A stretch of DNA of 64,000 bases from Myxococcota bacterium (GTDB lineage Bacteria; Myxococcota_A; UBA9042), in assembly GCA_964201005.1 (NCBI GenBank), contig CAXNCS010000002.1, positions 14,773 through 78,772 of the forward strand, given 5' to 3'. A model generated the notes under the pieces. The model was not told where the DNA came from. It searched no databases and saw nothing but the letters and a program-made list of their open reading frames with translations. The position numbers and the translations under genes are program-made. Positions 60,319 through 64,000 of this stretch are shown here, one piece after another. Position 1 is the first letter of the stretch, and every line of letters starts with the position of its first letter.

Positions 60319-60720
60319 CTAACGACCCTCATAGAAGACGAAAACCGCACTGCCCAGCTGAAGCGTATCGCCGTCGCGCAGGACAGCCGAGTGGACGCGG
60401 ACCTCATTGAGGTAGACGCCATTGGCGCTGTCCAAGTCGATGGCGCGGTAGCCCGCCACTTCGCGGTCCAGGCGCATATGCCGGCGAGACAAGGAGGTGG
60501 ACGGCACGCGGATATCGGCATCGTCGGCGCGACCGACGACCAGCGTTTCCTGAACGAGCTCAAAGATCTCTGGCGCCTGAGGACCGCGGACCTGCTGCAG
60601 GACGCACGGACGGCTGAGATCTTGCACGGGCAGGACCGGGATATCGTGCTCGCCGGTCAGCGCGCCGATCTCCCCGTTTTTAGGGATGGTATTGTCGCTG
60701 CTCTGGTCACCGACTGCCAT
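60319..60720 (-). CDS. small FHA-domain protein
   Basis: Trimmed to ATG 60720. FHA: LVVGRADDADIRVPSTSLSRRHMRLD..IDLDSANGVYLNEVRV..LRDGDTLQLGSAVFVF. Its stop lies 36 nt upstream of the MBL hydrolase gene. Confidence 0.8.
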   Translation of the reverse strand: MAVGDQSSDNTIPKNGEIGALTGEHDIPVLPVQDLSRPCVLQQVRGPQAPEIFELVQETLVVGRADDADIRVPSTSLSRRHMRLDREVAGYRAIDLDSANGVYLNEVRVHSAVLRDGDTLQLGSAVFVFYEGR

Positions 60721-60869
60721 GCCAGCTCCAATTTGCGCAAGCGCCGCATGCCGCTGCCCAGGGCGGAAGGGTATTCCGATCAACCGGCGCAGCGCAAGGG
60801 CCCCGGTCTGAGCGGGCAAGGCAAAGGCGAACTCTCTGACGGCCGCCGCACCCTGGCCATGCGCTTGGC

Positions 60870-61334
60870 TTACCCTTGGCGCACATAGTCGCCTTCTGCA
60901 AAAGTGCGCCAGTCCTCACCCGCGCGGCGAAGTTCAATGCGGAAGATGTAGTAACCTGGCTCCAAGAACCGATAGATATAGCGATGTTCAGCGATGTCCG
61001 TCGCCACCATGAACACCAGATCCTGGTCGTCCCAGTGGCCCGTAGCGGGCAAGAGCAGCGGCGCTGGCTGCACGGTGTCAAACCAGTACATGCGGTAGCA
61101 GGCGTGGACTTTGTCCCAGCTGTAGACGCCGTGGCCGCGAAAGGCGATGACCCCGTCGCGCTCCTCCGCGTAATCGCTTACCACAATCGCCCCTGCGAGC
61201 GCTGGCCGGGCCTGGGTGCGGCCGACCGACAAGCCGCCAGCGGGATCCCAAGGCGACGGGTGCGAGCGCAGTTCGCCCAGCCAAGTGCCGCTCATCGCGT
61301 CCACAAGCCGCTGTTGTTCCGGTGCGAGCGCCAT
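60870..61334 (-). CDS. DUF1579-like small protein
   Basis: Trimmed to ATG 61334 (MALAPEQQRLVDAMSGTWLGE). The pattern GTW.GE...........G........L.G..V..DY..E........F.GHG..S.D......Y.M.WFD matches my memory of DUF1579. Confidence 0.55.
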   Translation of the reverse strand: MALAPEQQRLVDAMSGTWLGELRSHPSPWDPAGGLSVGRTQARPALAGAIVVSDYAEERDGVIAFRGHGVYSWDKVHACYRMYWFDTVQPAPLLLPATGHWDDQDLVFMVATDIAEHRYIYRFLEPGYYIFRIELRRAGEDWRTFAEGDYVRQG

Positions 61335-61610
61335 GGTGAACCCCCAGCGGCCGAGCCGCAGCGGCAAAGTGTCCCTCTGCGGGGCGGCGCGGTGCAAGCG
61401 CTGCGGCAACCTTCGCAGCGGCTGCAAGCGCGCCGACGCGAAAGCTCTATGGATTCCCAGAGGGGAATTCTGGCTGGGCCTGCGGGTGACACGCCACCCC
61501 GGCTTGGCGAATGCGTCTTGCCAGTCAATGGCCGCTGGCTCATGATGGGGGGCTGTTCAGGATCTCAAGAAAGGCTCTGCGCGCTCGACGCTTGGAACGG
61601 GGAGAAGCAT

Positions 61611-64000
61611 ATGACAATCTTGGCAAATCAGGCGAATTGGCGGCGGCGGACGGGAGGTTTCTGGGTTGCGTCCTTGCTGATAGCGGCGCTGGCCAGCTGC
61701 GGCGATGAGGCCCAGGAACAGACCGCGGGCACCAGCATCGACGCCTCGGGCGACGCTGCGGTCGCCGATCTAGGGGTTCAAGACAGCGCCGAGGCGGATG
61801 CTGCGGGCACGGACGCTACATCAGCGGACGCGTCGAATCCCGACACGGCCAGCCCCGACACGGCCAGCCCCGACACTGCCAACTCCGACACCGCCGGGAC
61901 CGACGCGGGAGCCGGCACCGACGCCACCTCCCCCGATCCTGACTCCACCGGCGCCGACTCCGCTGGGCCAGATTCAACCGATTCCGACGCCACCGACGCC
62001 GATCCCGACGCAAGCGCCACCGATACGGACAGTGCAGGCGGCGATCCGGACACAGCCGCCACCGATTTGGATACGACTGGTCCAGATCCAGACGCCACTG
62101 GCGCCGACTCGGCTGCGGACGGCACCGACTCGGACACCGCCGCCGCAGATGGCGACACCGGGCCAGCCCTGGGCACCCTCTGCAACCCCTGCACGGCCGA
62201 CGGCGAGTGCGGGGCGGATTCGGCTTGCGTGCAGTACAGCCCGGAATTGGGCTCTTTCTGTGCCCCAGCCTGCGGCGCTGGCGATACATGCCCCACGGGT
62301 TATGCATGTCAGGAGTTCGCCGGCACCGCGGCCACCAAGGCCAAGCGCTGCGTGATGGCCCCCGCCAAGCCGGGCGACACCGCCCCTGCGGTCTGCGCGT
62401 GCAGTGAAGCGGCGATCGCCGGCGGCATGGCGACCAACTGCAGCGCCAGCAATGAAGCGGGAACCTGCACCGGCAAGCGCGGTTGTAGCGCCCAAGGCCT
62501 GGGACCGTGCTCCGCAGCGGCGCCGGCGGCTGATCTGTGCGACGGCCTTGACAACGACTGCGACGGCCAAACGGACGAGCAGACCTGCACCGACGGCAAC
62601 CCGTGCACCACCGACGCCTGCGACCCGGCCAGCGGCGGCTGCGTCAATTCGCCTGCCACGGGCGCTTGCGACGACGGCAACGGCTGCACCGAGAAAGACC
62701 AGTGCAAGAACGGCGCTTGCGTCGGCGGCCTGGAGAAGTCGTGCAACGACAACAATCCGTGTACTTCGGACGCGTGTGACCCCGCCAGCGGCTGCGCCAA
62801 CACCGCCGCGGCGGACGGCGCGAGCTGCGATGGCGACGGCAACGACTGCACCCCGGGCGACAAGTGCATGGCCGGCCTCTGCGAAATCGGCGCACCGCTG
62901 GACTGCAGCGACAACGACCCGTGCACCGCCAACGCCTGCGACAAGGCGACCGGCAAGTGCGTCAGCAGCGTGTTTGCCGACGGCACGGAATGCCAAGATG
63001 GCTCCGTGTGCACCACAGGCGACACCTGCAAGACCGGCAAGTGCGTGGGCGCGGCGATTGCGTGCGACGACAACAACCCCTGCACCGCGGACGCCTGCGA
63101 CGCCGCCAACGGCTGCACCGCCACGGCCGCAGACGGCGAAGTCTGCGAAGACGGCGACTTGTGCACCGCAGGCGACAGTTGCGCCGGCGGAAAATGCAAA
63201 GGCGGCGGCGCAAAGGCCTGCACCAGCACTGACCCATGCGCATCGGCGAGCTGCAACCCGCTCGACGGCACCTGTGTGACCAGCCCCAAGCCGCTGGGCG
63301 CGGGCTGCGACGACGACAGCGCGTGTACGGCGAGCGACACCTGCTCGGACAAGGGCTGCAGCGGCACCCCCGTGGACTGCGACGACAAAAACCCATGCAC
63401 GATCGATGCGTGTGACGGCGACCAGGGCTGCCTGCACAAGAACACGGCGGCGCCCTGCAGCGACGGCAACGCCTGCACCGATTTTGACGAGTGCGTCAGC
63501 GGCACCTGCACCGGCTTGGCCAAGGACGCCACGGTATCGTGCGACGACAGCAACCCTTGCACCACCGATAGCTGTGACCCGGCCACTGGTTGCGAGCACG
63601 ACGCCAACACCGCGCCCTGCGAAGACGGCAGCGCATGCACCAGCGGCGATACTTGCGCCGCCGGCAAGTGCCAGCCCGGCAGCAACGCCTGCCTGTGCCA
63701 GGTCGACGGCGACTGCAAGGGCCTGGAGGACGGAAACCTGTGCAATGGCACGTTGTTCTGCGACACGGCTCAGGTGCCCTTTACCTGCAAGGTCAAGGCG
63801 GCGACGGTGGTGGTCTGCCCGACCAGCTCGGCTGCGTGCTTGGGCAACGCCTGCGACCCCGGGACCGGTAAGTGCGGCGCCAAGCCGATCGACGAAGGCA
63901 AGCCCTGCGACGCCGACACCAATGTCTGCACCGCAGGGGACGCGTGCAAGGCCGGCAAGTGCACGGCGGGCGCTCTGTTGAGCTGCGATGACAAAAATCC
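61611..64000 (+). CDS. large Cys-rich lipoprotein (3' end beyond window), acidic tether plus ~48-aa CDDxNPCTxDxC modules
   Basis: Absent from the ORF track because it has no stop in the window. ATG 61611 follows a GGGGAGAAG SD. MTILANQANWRRRTGGFWVASLLIAALASCG carries a lipobox. A ~150-aa PDTAS/D-rich tether follows, then LCDGLDNDCDGQTDE. There are at least 9 repeats of CDD.NPCT.D.CD...GC........G..C.DG..CT.GD.C..G.C.G. I translated the frame by hand from 61611 to about 62,870 and from 62,880 to 63,120, and confirmed it open over about 63,690-64,000. The stretch about 63,120-63,690 was read only as sequence, not codon by codon. Confidence 0.8.
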   Translation, partial: MTILANQANWRRRTGGFWVASLLIAALASCGDEAQEQTAGTSIDASGDAAVADLGVQDSAEADAAGTDATSADASNPDTASPDTASPDTANSDTAGTDAGAGTDATSPDPDSTGADSAGPDSTDSDATDADPDASATDTDSAGGDPDTAATDLDTTGPDPDATGADSAADGTDSDTAAADGDTGPALGTLCNPCTADGECGADSACVQYSPELGSFCAPACGAGDTCPTGYACQEFAGTAATKAKRCVMAPAKPGDTAPAVCACSEAAIAGGMATNCSASNEAGTCTGKRGCSAQGLGPCSAAAPAADLCDGLDNDCDGQTDEQTCTDGNPCTTDACDPASGGCVNSPATGACDDGNGCTEKDQCKNGACVGGLEKSCNDNNPCTSDACDPASGCANTAAADGASCDGDGNDCTPGDKCMAGLCEIGAPLDCSDNDPCTANACDKATGKCVSSVFADGTECQDGSVCTTGDTCKTGKCVGAAIACDDNNPCTADACDAANGCTATAADGEVCEDGDLCTAGDSCAGGKCKGGGAKACTSTDPCASASCNPLDGTCVTSPKPLGAGCDDDSACTASDTCSDKGCSGTPVDCDDKNPCTIDACDGDQGCLHKNTAAPCSDGNACTDFDECVSGTCTGLAKDATVSCDDSNPCTTDSCDPATGCEHDANTAPCEDGSACTSGDTCAAGKCQPGSNACLCQVDGDCKGLEDGNLCNGTLFCDTAQVPFTCKVKAATVVVCPTSSAACLGNACDPGTGKCGAKPIDEGKPCDADTNVCTAGDACKAGKCTAGALLSCDDKN
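61849..61908 (+). repeat. 15-bp coding tandem repeat (CCCGACACGGCCAGC, encoding PDTAS), about 4 units
   Basis: There are two perfect units at 61849-61863 and 61864-61878. Two diverged units follow at 61879-61893 and 61894-61908. All lie inside the acidic tether of the 61611 gene. Confidence 0.7.

Noticed and set aside
61798-63994. Several 160-540-aa ORFs on both strands over 61.8-64.0 kb (for example 61974..63599 -, 62309..63766 -, 62404..63279 +)
   Set aside because: They are alternative frames of the Cys-rich repeat gene that starts at 61611 (+). Only that frame gives a lipobox plus regular Cys spacing. It is missing from the track only because it has no stop inside the window.

Overview
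The window is GC-rich with strong GC3 codon bias. It looks like ordinary chromosome rather than a mobile island: I see no rRNA, CRISPR array, transposase or integrase. I support about 50 protein genes, one tRNA-Ala(GGC), and a few hairpins and short repeats.

Gene content suggests a Myxococcota/Bradymonadota-type deltaproteobacterial lineage (inference only). The clues are a Hanks Ser/Thr kinase, four FHA-domain genes, and many lipoproteins with acidic D/T/S/A tethers followed by Cys-rich modules. Fasciclin, FG-GAP/ASPIC and TPR-CHAT proteins fit the same picture.

Two real genes are missing from the supplied ORF track because they run off the window edges: 1..1342 (-) and 61611..64000 (+). 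The track also translates GTG/TTG starts as M. Several long track ORFs are antisense shadows or carry N-terminal over-extensions, and I re-trimmed those starts using signal peptides and Shine-Dalgarno (SD) sequences.

Main blocks:
- 1.5-10.0 kb: fasciclin lipoprotein, then a FecR-like lipoprotein and a CHASE2 nucleotide cyclase, divergent from a secreted TPR-CHAT protease.
- 10.6-12.9 kb: Ser/Thr kinase with a DUF1707/LiaF-like tail, and a Phd-VapC toxin-antitoxin pair.
- 14.7-20.0 kb: two paralogous ATP-grasp ligases, a YkgJ Cys-cluster protein and an unknown protein, divergent from a peptidase-S51-like gene.
- 20.0-22.9 kb: CRTAC1-type FG-GAP/ASPIC lipoprotein and trxC.
- 23.1-32.7 kb: five-gene operon of an FHA/CpaF-like ATPase, an FHA-FHA transmembrane protein and three Cys-rich lipoproteins, one of them 1501 aa.
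- 32.9-44.4 kb: thiE-thiG-thiS coupled to a surface-polysaccharide locus. The locus has an O-antigen-ligase-like gene, a flippase, a priming sugar transferase, a GT4, a DprE1/DprE2-like epimerase pair and a divergent GT-C-like membrane protein.
- 44.5-64 kb: tRNA-Ala, a MobA-FdhD fusion, a FadL-like outer membrane protein (OMP), a 750-aa orphan, a GAF histidine kinase, FtsB-like, cyclophilin, a response regulator, PDZ-TlpA, DedA, MBL hydrolase plus FHA, DUF1579, and another Cys-rich lipoprotein.

The best candidates for undescribed biology are the FHA/ATPase/Cys-rich operon, the periplasmic FecR-CHASE2-CHAT triad, the ATP-grasp/S51 cluster, and the DprE1/E2-like lipid-sugar epimerase pair in a non-actinobacterial context. 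All functional calls come from motif recognition by eye; no searches were run.
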